A DNA stretch of 64,000 nucleotides from IMG/VR virus record IMGVR_UViG_3300008262_000231, positions 34,724 to 98,723 of that record; one strand, given 5' to 3'. The notes under the pieces were generated by a model, which was given only the letters and a program-made list of their open reading frames with translations, did no database searches and was not told the DNA's origin. The translations under genes and the position numbers were made by a program. Origin of the DNA: a virus. Shown here one piece after another: positions 28,501 through 37,401 of this stretch (its first letter is position 1; each line of letters starts with the position of its first letter).

Positions 28501-30553
28501 TAATTCAGGGGCTACGGGAAATATATCTTCTGGAGAGTTTGACCTGTCTTACTCATTATCTAATGATTTTCCGTATGTCAATGGAATTTATATTTCTTAT
28601 TTTGACGATTTGTCATCGGATCAAACCTCGATATTAGATTCTTTACTTACCTCTAACGTTTTAAGTATATCAGTTTCCCCAGATGCTTTATACACCATAA
28701 CATCTATATCGGCGATAACCGGAGGATTGTTTATAGGTCTTAGCTACCAATATGGAAACCCCGGGGTATTTCCTTTTTCAACCGGAAATAGTGTAAACCT
28801 AGATTTTTACGAATGGACAAACTATACATATCCATTAGTTAAAAATTTAAATTCATTTCCTGGGAATCCGGAAGGGTATTCCTATGGAGTATTTACTGCA
28901 GAAATACAAAGGGATCTAGGTAATAAATTTTCTTTTACAGGGATTACCGGAGACTATAATTCAGGTATAAATTCATCATATAGAGTTACAAGATTTAGAA
29001 ATTTCCCGGTTAAGAATTTAAATATCCTTACAGGTAATCAAGAAGTTCCTCTTACATCTGTCCAATTAACAAATTACCATACTCACCTATTAATAGAATC
29101 CAATGTTTCTGGTAATTTTGCAGATTTATCCACTCTTAAAAACGAATGGAATCGATCAAATGATAATTATCTTGTCGATTCTTATCTATCTGATCCTGCA
29201 TATACCGGATTACTTTCTTACGTTAAACTAAATAATTTAGATTACTCCCTTCAATCCAATTATAATTCAAACACCCCTGGATCTAGTGGATGGAGAAGAG
29301 TAGGATCCGAAATAAATTCTTTGGATCTTGGAGAATCTGTTGTTATAACCGGGTCTGCAACAGGGGGATTCTATTTTTCTGGAAATTATTTATCCCCTAC
29401 GGGATCTTCAAATTCTCCTTTCTATATTTCCATAACTAGTAATCCTGTAGGATCTACTGGATTCTATTTAACCTCATTCGGAAATACTGGAAATAAAATA
29501 GGGGTAACTAAAGACGAATCTAACTATTACATAACTACTGTGGTTGGATCCTCTGGATCTTATTTTGGGAAAAATTTTATAGCTGAATCCGGAAATACCT
29601 ATTTTTTAACAGCAAAACTAACGGAACAAACTGTATGCCGAAGTATTTTCTACCCATCTGTAACAGGATCTAATTCTACATTGGATTTAAAGACCACACT
29701 AAAGCTTCCTAACCATCAATTTGTTATACATTATGAAAATTATGATGATCCATATACGGTTAAATTATTAAAAACTGATGAGGATTCTAGAGTGACTAAT
29801 ACTGTAACAATAGGAGGATTTAATGGGGATCTTACTGTATGTAATGATATGGAATCTAATATATTCTTTTCTGGGTTTAATTCTTTAGGGTTAACCTCTT
29901 CAGCATATGTCGATTTTGGATATGTTGATATTGGATATTTTGTCTATACGGCCACCGGATTTGTTTATCTTGCCAAACAATATAAACCTAACTTGGGCAT
30001 AAATGAGGGAGAGATAATATCCAGACCTGGATCGGATCCTTGGACTTGGAGTGATTCTCACGTAAAAGGGGAAGGATCTTTTGAAGTTCCCCTCCTGTCT
30101 ACAGTTATCTTTAATAATTATTCTTCTGAAATATACGGTAAAAATACAAATAAATGGGTTTTATCTAATGCTATTACTGGAGAAGAAATATTAAATATAA
30201 AATATTCTCCTTATTTTATTTATACTTTCACCGAAGAAGGAGAATACACTATTTATAATGAGGTTCTGGATTCTGAAGGAAATGTATACGCAACTACAGG
30301 AAATGGATTCATAAGAGTGCTAGATCACAAAAAGATGAGAATCCCAGGAAGAAAATCCGCACCTATAAATTCTTCTAATTACGGGGTAGATCAACCTTTT
30401 GACGATAGGACTTACCAAGGACAAAAATTACGAAAAGATTTAGAAAAACAGCAGATAGAGATAGAGAGAAATAATAAACCTAAATTTACCCCTGCTATAG
30501 TTATACCTGATAATCCAGATTCTACTTACAAAAAAATAAATTTGGAATCGTGA
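25520..30553 (+). CDS. large beta-propeller virion/receptor-binding protein with delta-60 (DUF5122) and Reg_prop-like repeats
   Basis: Six QxDGKI(L/I)xxG repeats; IYTIDFDENGNLWIGTDLGLSFFDG and NSDLPNNNI two-component-regulator propeller motifs. Confidence 0.7.
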   Translation: MPGSSIYINQIDLDSNFFVWATGQDVRKFNGTAWEYYDSSNSAVPSGSPYYLDTRSISIDNKGILWGGIAQISNGISPANSEDVSFYSQRTSSFNGSVNSTAVQSDGKILMGGIFTSFNGNTRNRLVRLNSDGTEDTSFYTNLGTGFSSGVTSISLQSDGKILVGGNFISFNGNTRNRLVRLNSDGTEDTSFYTNLTSVGTGTAFTGIITVTREQTDGKIIIGGFFSSFNGNTRERLIRLNPSGIEDSTFYSNLSLYGFGFNGGVYGVSIQNDGKIIVTGSFSFYNSYPRTGIVRLNSDGLEDTQFYTNLISTGDNSGLQNGVPLISRTQSDGKIIVGGSFTDFNDNGGYNRNRILRLNSDGTEDSSFYIPISPGFDLPGDIYTIEIQTDGKILIGGDFTTFAGNTRNYSIRLNSSTTTPGTPLIFNLDTSEVTVGKSWKSDDISTFDNLLYETSLVYSSPFGSEVLAYITPLNGIGSTGATAYTRINGVTGGRLFFYDKNIEKWNETLSGYTWPHIFQIKAKGYKGKEYKYFLGTTEGLWVIPPGLLSKLSLNDGGEIVSQARVYNTSTSGIISNNIYTIDFDENGNLWIGTDLGLSFFDGRKFWNYYTSGPVTYVKSRENGHVFYSIGDGELSQGTGLYHFNGTTHTNINSSNSDLPNNNILEIELIQNGTKQGDVTLHENSLWILSLNDLSSFVYDLPHVYASSKSEGATGWNFTYRVPIGGTGETGAPPIPKINKYTWNYPEWQTYDSEFVASDLPGLDPRNLFLTVPLNDIADGKAGEQYYWSNSPITSYDEKVLGERIGESLWDSQITLGGSGDIKITCSTSLETDLGIKYLIGGYISGDSEATFGYYNDLTPATINNLNPTIGASGGTAGSSSFYGEMGFVVCYDYSGSVDTILPFRGYRTRIDSLDPSPDDNTFSVSGSYDWFMESGPWVWHSWEGANSFSGNGVTGSPYGATNLNYPGLTSGNYNWIYDPLSPTSSPILSSSWTYNSGATGNISSGEFDLSYSLSNDFPYVNGIYISYFDDLSSDQTSILDSLLTSNVLSISVSPDALYTITSISAITGGLFIGLSYQYGNPGVFPFSTGNSVNLDFYEWTNYTYPLVKNLNSFPGNPEGYSYGVFTAEIQRDLGNKFSFTGITGDYNSGINSSYRVTRFRNFPVKNLNILTGNQEVPLTSVQLTNYHTHLLIESNVSGNFADLSTLKNEWNRSNDNYLVDSYLSDPAYTGLLSYVKLNNLDYSLQSNYNSNTPGSSGWRRVGSEINSLDLGESVVITGSATGGFYFSGNYLSPTGSSNSPFYISITSNPVGSTGFYLTSFGNTGNKIGVTKDESNYYITTVVGSSGSYFGKNFIAESGNTYFLTAKLTEQTVCRSIFYPSVTGSNSTLDLKTTLKLPNHQFVIHYENYDDPYTVKLLKTDEDSRVTNTVTIGGFNGDLTVCNDMESNIFFSGFNSLGLTSSAYVDFGYVDIGYFVYTATGFVYLAKQYKPNLGINEGEIISRPGSDPWTWSDSHVKGEGSFEVPLLSTVIFNNYSSEIYGKNTNKWVLSNAITGEEILNIKYSPYFIYTFTEEGEYTIYNEVLDSEGNVYATTGNGFIRVLDHKKMRIPGRKSAPINSSNYGVDQPFDDRTYQGQKLRKDLEKQQIEIERNNKPKFTPAIVIPDNPDSTYKKINLES
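25877..26104 (+). repeat. 69-nt perfect direct repeat (25877-25945 and 26036-26104)
   Basis: GGAAACACTAGAAATAG...TTCTATACTAAT identical in two copies 159 nt apart. Confidence 0.9.
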
Positions 30554-30617
30554 AATTTTACCTCTATTTTTTTCTAGAATAAATAACCAATTTGGATTTT
30601 TAACTATTTAAAAAAAC

Positions 30618-30625
30618 GATATATA
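30618..30625 (+). promoter_or_regulatory. putative late promoter GATATATA
   Basis: Intergenic, upstream of ATG 30648. Confidence 0.65.
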
Positions 30626-30647
30626 AAAATAAAAAATAAAACAAAAA

Positions 30648-31559
30648 ATGGCTTCAACTGTAAACATTACTGAAATTCTAGGATCAGATTCCATATCGGG
30701 ATCTAGGATTACTATTAATTCTAATTTTTTAATTCTTCAAAACTGGATAAATGGATACGTTCAAGTTTTCGGAGTAGATACCACTAACGGTATATTGGAT
30801 CTAACAACAGCATCCACCGGAAAGGTTATGGCGAAAATAGGAAGATTTGATTCCCTCTCTTTGCCTGCTTCCGGAACTGCTCTTACGTCTTTTGATTCGA
30901 TCGGGGGAGCTTCTTTTGTTTCTGTTTCATCCACAAATGTTACAATATCAGGAGCTCTAACTGCTAACGGATCAATAACACTAGGAACAGGATCAACATT
31001 CGTATCAGGAGGAACTTCTAGCTTTAATGGATCATTAAGTGCAAATGGAGCTTTTTATCTAGGAACCCAAGGACACGTAATAAGTCAAAATACTACCGTT
31101 GCTACCGGATTAACCGCAGGTACACCATTTCCTTCTACCGCTCTAGGAGGTGGAGGGTATCAAACTCCTAATTCTGCTTCTCCTTATGCAATAACAGGAT
31201 TAGAAGATGTTATATTTGCAGATTGCGGTCCTACTGGATTCTTTATTAAAGTTGTAGACGGAACTTCTCCTGTAGGAGGAACTTTACCTAATTTACCACA
31301 GGGAACAAGAGTAACTATAGTAAATACTAATCCAGCGACAGGATACATCTGGACAGGACTTACCGGCTCTACTACATATTATACCGGATTTAATACGGAT
31401 TCTTCTTACGGAGGGTATTCTTCTTCTGGTATTGTAATTCCTCAGAGCAAATCATACAGATCTTCCGTTACTCTTCAATGGGAGCCTAGGGTAGGACAGG
31501 GGCAAGCCACAATGAATGGATCTTGGGTAGTTATAGGTTCTAGTAACGTTACAGTATAA
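30648..31559 (+). CDS. Gly/Ser/Thr-rich fibre-like structural protein
   Basis: N-terminal ILGSDSISGSRITINSNF anchor-like motif shared with the collagen paralogues; beta-rich shaft. Confidence 0.6.
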   Translation: MASTVNITEILGSDSISGSRITINSNFLILQNWINGYVQVFGVDTTNGILDLTTASTGKVMAKIGRFDSLSLPASGTALTSFDSIGGASFVSVSSTNVTISGALTANGSITLGTGSTFVSGGTSSFNGSLSANGAFYLGTQGHVISQNTTVATGLTAGTPFPSTALGGGGYQTPNSASPYAITGLEDVIFADCGPTGFFIKVVDGTSPVGGTLPNLPQGTRVTIVNTNPATGYIWTGLTGSTTYYTGFNTDSSYGGYSSSGIVIPQSKSYRSSVTLQWEPRVGQGQATMNGSWVVIGSSNVTV

Positions 31560-31577
31560 TATTTATAATTTTAACAG

Positions 31578-33779
31578 ATGGCAAAAACACCTTTTATTAG
31601 GCCGCTGCAAGTTCAAGGAGGTACTTTTTATACCTTTACTTCTTCTTCAGAGGATTTAGCTTTTACGTTTAATAACGATACAAATAAATTTACATTCTCA
31701 AAATTTGCCCTGTTAAATATACCTAATATAGATAACAGCTCTTCTTCGGATACGAATTATATTAGATTAAATGGTCCAGATGGAGCATTTTTAGATTGGG
31801 CAAATAATACCCAAAAGATAATAACTGGAAATTCCAATATAGATTTTTCTCAAAGTTTCCAAAGCTATTGTTTAAATTTAGAATCTATAATAATAAGTGA
31901 CGATAATTACGATCCTACTAAAAAACAAAATGTATCGGAAAGAGTATTTTTTAAATGGCTTAAAGAAATAGGAGCTATGAGATTTAGGCCAGCAAGCTCG
32001 AGCGAGGTTGCTTCTACCCTAAACCAAAATACAGTTACTATAGTTAATGATCTTCCGGTAACCCAGAAAAGATATGTAGAAGGAGATAACGCTGCAGGAA
32101 CTACAGGATCCTATGGTATGACTGGATCTACTTACAATAAAGTTGTTCAGTATGTTGGATCTTTGGATATAGTAAATTCAGTAACGAATAATAACAATTC
32201 TTATTCCGAAGTATATGTTTATGTTCCTACATCAGCGGGAAATACCCCTACTGTTTTATTCAAAAATGTTGTAGATTCCAATTACTATCCAGACTATCAA
32301 TGGACAAATAGCCCATTAAATCCTCTTAATGACGAATACCTATACGGAAGAAATTATACAGAAATAAATCCCAGTGGAATTACTAGTCTTGCTATATATG
32401 ATGACGATGTTTTAGGATCCCCTACTGCTTCTTATATCGACACAGGTCTATCGACTACCCCGATATCAGGAAATTGGTACTCGCCAAGAGATACTGCAAA
32501 TACTTATTTTACGGATTCTCTTTTTACAGATCCTTCTAATTACGTACTTACTAAAAGTGCGAATTCAAATTCTCTTACTTACGTTAGAAGTAAATTAGAT
32601 TCTATAGGTATAGATTTTGATCCTAATTCATACAAAGCTATAGTAGATGATACTTCTATATCAACACTTGATGAGTACAATTCTACCCCTATAGCTTCTG
32701 ATTTTGAATTCAATGCAGCTTTAATCTATTATGATGTCTACGATCCTGCAAATCCTACCGATAGAGCAACTAATCTATATGGGGTTTTGTTTTTGGATGA
32801 AGTTAATTCATCTTCAGGGGATATATTCATACCAAGAACCAAAAAATACAAACCAAATCCTGTAACAGGACTAAATGGAAATTCCTACGGATTCAAGATA
32901 AACATAAAATTTGATACTGATATAGATCAAACCGGAATAGAGCAGGCAATAAATGATTATTCCCCTTTCTCCCTTTCTATGTTTATGGATGCTATGAATG
33001 TACTTCAGGATTCTAGCTCTACCCTTAATAGATCTTCTTCTCAATTTATAGATCTTTCCAATAGGGTTACTAACTTAGAAAATATAGCTTTAACTACGGA
33101 AACCTCTGTTAATTTCAATGCAAGAATAGCAGCAATAGAACAATCTTTAGCTGCAAATCAAGCTTTATTTAATAATACACAATCTATATTAAATCTCATA
33201 AATCAAAATTATGATTTAACTAGATCTATACTTAATAATGAAACGAGCGTTGAGGTTTCATATAACTTAAATACAATAAATCAGGGATTAGGTATAAATG
33301 TAGACAGATCTGTAGAAAATTTAGTAACTATAAATAATTCTAGCCAGGATTTTAATATAGGCGTAAATAAAGGATATGGTATTTTAACCCAGACCGGACA
33401 GAATACTATAGAATTACTAAATTTTTCAAATTACTTTAAGCACATAAATAATGGGATAGATATAAATCTGACAGGAGACATGACTATCAGATTAGACGAT
33501 ACCAATGTTAAATGGAAAAATGGACAAAGATTTAGAATTTCATTCGGAGACAAGGTATACCCACAGTCTTCTATAATAACTATAGTAACAGACTCACAAG
33601 GTCTTTACCCCCTAAGCTCTCCTTCTGGAGGAATATACTCAACAACGATAGTAGTATTAGATGATACTATTTTTTCTGAATGGGGTTATAAACCAGTATT
33701 CGATATAGTTTGTATAGACGATCAGAATTTAATATTCCAAGTTGATGCAATAGGAAAAAGTTTGACAGATAATCAATAA
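31578..33779 (+). CDS. putative virion structural protein
   Basis: 733-aa ORF with a central coiled-coil segment, in the late module. Confidence 0.6.
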   Translation: MAKTPFIRPLQVQGGTFYTFTSSSEDLAFTFNNDTNKFTFSKFALLNIPNIDNSSSSDTNYIRLNGPDGAFLDWANNTQKIITGNSNIDFSQSFQSYCLNLESIIISDDNYDPTKKQNVSERVFFKWLKEIGAMRFRPASSSEVASTLNQNTVTIVNDLPVTQKRYVEGDNAAGTTGSYGMTGSTYNKVVQYVGSLDIVNSVTNNNNSYSEVYVYVPTSAGNTPTVLFKNVVDSNYYPDYQWTNSPLNPLNDEYLYGRNYTEINPSGITSLAIYDDDVLGSPTASYIDTGLSTTPISGNWYSPRDTANTYFTDSLFTDPSNYVLTKSANSNSLTYVRSKLDSIGIDFDPNSYKAIVDDTSISTLDEYNSTPIASDFEFNAALIYYDVYDPANPTDRATNLYGVLFLDEVNSSSGDIFIPRTKKYKPNPVTGLNGNSYGFKINIKFDTDIDQTGIEQAINDYSPFSLSMFMDAMNVLQDSSSTLNRSSSQFIDLSNRVTNLENIALTTETSVNFNARIAAIEQSLAANQALFNNTQSILNLINQNYDLTRSILNNETSVEVSYNLNTINQGLGINVDRSVENLVTINNSSQDFNIGVNKGYGILTQTGQNTIELLNFSNYFKHINNGIDINLTGDMTIRLDDTNVKWKNGQRFRISFGDKVYPQSSIITIVTDSQGLYPLSSPSGGIYSTTIVVLDDTIFSEWGYKPVFDIVCIDDQNLIFQVDAIGKSLTDNQ

Positions 33780-33783
33780 AAAA

Positions 33784-36700
33784 ATGGCAGGTACAAATAA
33801 TAGTATAAGTTCTTTAATAGCTCAATTTCTAAGACTCCAATCTAATTCTTTGGAGATAATAAATGGATTAAACGAGGTAGCAACGTCTACAAATGAATCT
33901 GTTACTATACAAATATTAGACGAAAATGGGTTACCCAAAACAGTTAATATCCCTTCTTATGGGTATATGAGCGGGGAAATCCAAAGATTGAATAATAATG
34001 TAAAATCCTTAGCTGGATTAGAAGAAAATTCTGCAACAGTAAGAAATTCAGATGGAACATATTCACAGGTCTATAAATCTAAAACATTAAAAGAACCTTC
34101 AAGTCCTTCCGAACTTCAAATACCTAGTTCTTTTAAGGTAAAAGATAATTGGTTCTTTGAAAGCTTTCTAAGCCCTCTTTTATATGTTAGCATAGATGTT
34201 ACTGGAAAAATTCCCGAAAATTCTGATAGGATAGTAGTTAAAAGAATTATAGCAAATACCCAAACGGAATCTGAGAAAAATTTCTTTGATCTTAACCTTA
34301 AAGGTAAAAATGATATAAGTCATGACGGGTTTATATCGGCTTTAGAAGGATATGGGATTTCCTATTTTACTGATGAAGATGTCGTAAGCCTCCCTCTAAA
34401 AACTATAAGATACGTAGGAAATTTTGGGGTTCTTAATTTTATAGACGATGTCGTAAATCAGACAGATTCACAAGGTAACTCATTCCAGGTTACAGTTAGA
34501 AATTATAAGCTGACTTCTTTAAATTATACCGATACTACAAGTTCTGTTACTAACGGGGAGACTTTAAAAAACGGTGATACCCTATCAACTCCGGACGGAA
34601 CAAAATATAAAATTACCTCAGTGAACATATCCGATTCTACGGTACAATTAGAAAGAGTATCCGGATTTCAACCGGTTTTATTAGGTAGTAATTCTCTTGC
34701 AATAGCAATGGCAGATTTTGGAAATAGATTTGCTGATGTAAACATAGGAAATGACGAAAGACAAGGAATATTTTTCAAAAGTATTGACGATGATTTTAAT
34801 ATCGTTGCAGCAACCTGGTCTACGGGGGTTACTTTTTGGTCTAGTGAATTAGAAACAACTACAACCGACGGTAGCGTAGTTGATCTTTCAACTTATTATA
34901 AAGATAGTGTTTCTGATTTCGGGAAGCTTTTTATAGGACTCGCTAAAGAAAATACGGTTACCGCTATTGATGGATTGGTTCCTAATATACCAACCATTAC
35001 CCAGGATTCTTTCAAAGTAGTTCAAATAAATAAACAGATAACAGATTCTACCTCTGTAAAAAATATTGACGACAAATTAAAACTTAAGACGTCAATAAAG
35101 AGCGAAATAGATTCCATAGATCAAGCTCTTCAACAAACTAAATTACAGATAAATAATTTAAATTCAGGAAGATCCGGAGGGGGATCTTCTTTCTCGACTT
35201 TCACGGATCAAAAATCTTCTTTAGAAAATAATTTAAAATCCTTAACTGAAGAAAGATCTAATAAATCTGAGCTTTATGCTTCTTTAGTTAGCGAGGTATC
35301 TACTTTAACTAAAGATGTTCCCCAGCTTTTAGAAAAGCCAAAATACAGGGTTAGAGGGTTTTGGCCTATACCAGATCCTAAAGTAAGTGGAACCACAAAA
35401 CAGGAAGTTATCCAATTTGTAGTCAGATATAGATATCTTTCGGATTCCGGAGCTTCTCAACCTTCCGATCAGATAGAATATACAGACAAAGACGGTCTTA
35501 AAAAGAATGCTGCTTTTTCCAACTGGGTAGAATATAAAACTCCAGAAAGAAAAAAAGTATACGATTCATCAAAAGGAATTTATGTTTGGTCTACAGAGGA
35601 CCCTTCTAATGCAAATTCGGTAAATATAAACCAATTAGATATACCAATAACAAAAGGGGAAAAGGTTGAAATACAGATAGCTTCTATTTCTGAAGCAGGA
35701 TGGCCTCAGAATCCTTTAACCTCTGATTTTTCTCCTTCTGTTACCATATCATTTCCTGACAGTCTTAATGTTAATGGTGCTTCGGATACCTTATTAAAAA
35801 ATAATGAGGATTCTGCAGTAGTTAAAGTTCAACAAAATTTAAATTCTCAAGGTTTACCTCAGCATTTATCTGAACAATTTACTGATGGATCAGTTACATA
35901 TTATCACAATGCATCTAATATAGCAAGCGGGTTTTATACCACTAGTGGATCAGTTTTAAGTTTATTTGAAAAGATAACGGATCTTCAAAATCAGATAGAA
36001 GTTCTTAAATCGCAGATCACTAATACTAAAGGAGTTCTAGAAGTTTATATCGTAGATTCTTCTAACCAAAAAATTAAAGTTACCAAAGGCTCTTTAGTTA
36101 GCTTAAATGCTGGATTTTATGACGGGATATTCAGTAATCCTTTAGGAACAGATGCCGGAAAAATTGCTTCTGTTACTTATAATATTCAACTTTATAATTC
36201 TCAAACTACTGCAGTTGAATTGGCTTCTATAATACCTGGAGGACTAGGAGTTAAATCACCTAATGTTATCTCTTCATCATCTCCTGTTGGTTATAATGAT
36301 AATTTAAGATATGGGCAATGTCCTATTTCTATAAGTTCTTTAACCTCTTCCCAGGTAGAGGACAATACATATTTTAGACAGGTTTCTCCTTTTGCTTCTT
36401 CTGGATCCTATTCCCAATTTCTTTATCCTAGATATAGAAATGTTGGATTGAACGAAATACTCTATTGTGCAGTGGATAATAATGTATCTACTAATACTCC
36501 TGTCGGGGATAGTCCTTCTGCTCCGGTTATACCTGGAGCATTTACTTCTCTGTATAATCCGACATATTCTTACGACGGGTCTACGCAAATCAATTTTAGT
36601 ATTTCCGGAACATATCCGCAGAACGGAACTATTCTTACCCCTTACGATCCTACGGTTACTCCTTCTTCTGCAGCAGGAGCTACTTCTTCCGGTGTTTGGG

Positions 36701-37386
36701 CAGGATCGTTTTCTGGTACAACCGGGGGAACCCCAGATGGAGGTGGTAATGTATCTGAATTTTGTATCTCTACTAGCCATCCTTATCTGATAGAAATAGG
36801 AAATGCATATAGCTATACAACATATGGAGAATTGGTAAAACCTTATTCGGCAGACACCAAAGTATATCCTCCTTTTAGGCATACCCAAACTTTTTGGGGA
36901 GATACTTCTCTTTCTAATTCTTCGGTTCAGCAGGGATATAGAGATCCTATTACATTTGCTTCAGGACCAACAGCAGATAGAGAAGATAGAATGTATTCGG
37001 ATAAACTAGGATTTTCGGCAAACGATGAATATCTAATAGGAAAATTTTCTTGCGGAGCTTATTTATTTTTAAGCCCTGTGGATTCTTCTTTCTTACAGGT
37101 TCCCGGTAGAAGCGCATTATCTACCATATATCTAGATAGCGGAGAATCCAATTCTATAAATGTTCCTTTGGTTTTCCAATTTAGAGCAGTAGATAAATTA
37201 GGATATGTCGGAGGTTTTAGAAAATCAGGAAATCTTTCTAATATAACATACACTAAAAAATTAGGAATAGATATCCAAATTAAAAACGATGATGTTTTTT
37301 CTTTTGATGTCCAAGTTACAGGTTCATATAAAAATGAAACCCTAGTAGCTCCTAATTTTAATAGTGCATTAGTTAGTAGATCTTAA
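33784..37386 (+). CDS. putative virion structural protein
   Basis: 1200-aa ORF with coiled-coil segments, in the late module. Confidence 0.6.
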   Translation: MAGTNNSISSLIAQFLRLQSNSLEIINGLNEVATSTNESVTIQILDENGLPKTVNIPSYGYMSGEIQRLNNNVKSLAGLEENSATVRNSDGTYSQVYKSKTLKEPSSPSELQIPSSFKVKDNWFFESFLSPLLYVSIDVTGKIPENSDRIVVKRIIANTQTESEKNFFDLNLKGKNDISHDGFISALEGYGISYFTDEDVVSLPLKTIRYVGNFGVLNFIDDVVNQTDSQGNSFQVTVRNYKLTSLNYTDTTSSVTNGETLKNGDTLSTPDGTKYKITSVNISDSTVQLERVSGFQPVLLGSNSLAIAMADFGNRFADVNIGNDERQGIFFKSIDDDFNIVAATWSTGVTFWSSELETTTTDGSVVDLSTYYKDSVSDFGKLFIGLAKENTVTAIDGLVPNIPTITQDSFKVVQINKQITDSTSVKNIDDKLKLKTSIKSEIDSIDQALQQTKLQINNLNSGRSGGGSSFSTFTDQKSSLENNLKSLTEERSNKSELYASLVSEVSTLTKDVPQLLEKPKYRVRGFWPIPDPKVSGTTKQEVIQFVVRYRYLSDSGASQPSDQIEYTDKDGLKKNAAFSNWVEYKTPERKKVYDSSKGIYVWSTEDPSNANSVNINQLDIPITKGEKVEIQIASISEAGWPQNPLTSDFSPSVTISFPDSLNVNGASDTLLKNNEDSAVVKVQQNLNSQGLPQHLSEQFTDGSVTYYHNASNIASGFYTTSGSVLSLFEKITDLQNQIEVLKSQITNTKGVLEVYIVDSSNQKIKVTKGSLVSLNAGFYDGIFSNPLGTDAGKIASVTYNIQLYNSQTTAVELASIIPGGLGVKSPNVISSSSPVGYNDNLRYGQCPISISSLTSSQVEDNTYFRQVSPFASSGSYSQFLYPRYRNVGLNEILYCAVDNNVSTNTPVGDSPSAPVIPGAFTSLYNPTYSYDGSTQINFSISGTYPQNGTILTPYDPTVTPSSAAGATSSGVWAGSFSGTTGGTPDGGGNVSEFCISTSHPYLIEIGNAYSYTTYGELVKPYSADTKVYPPFRHTQTFWGDTSLSNSSVQQGYRDPITFASGPTADREDRMYSDKLGFSANDEYLIGKFSCGAYLFLSPVDSSFLQVPGRSALSTIYLDSGESNSINVPLVFQFRAVDKLGYVGGFRKSGNLSNITYTKKLGIDIQIKNDDVFSFDVQVTGSYKNETLVAPNFNSALVSRS

Positions 37387-37401
37387 ATATAAAATATTAA
37401 A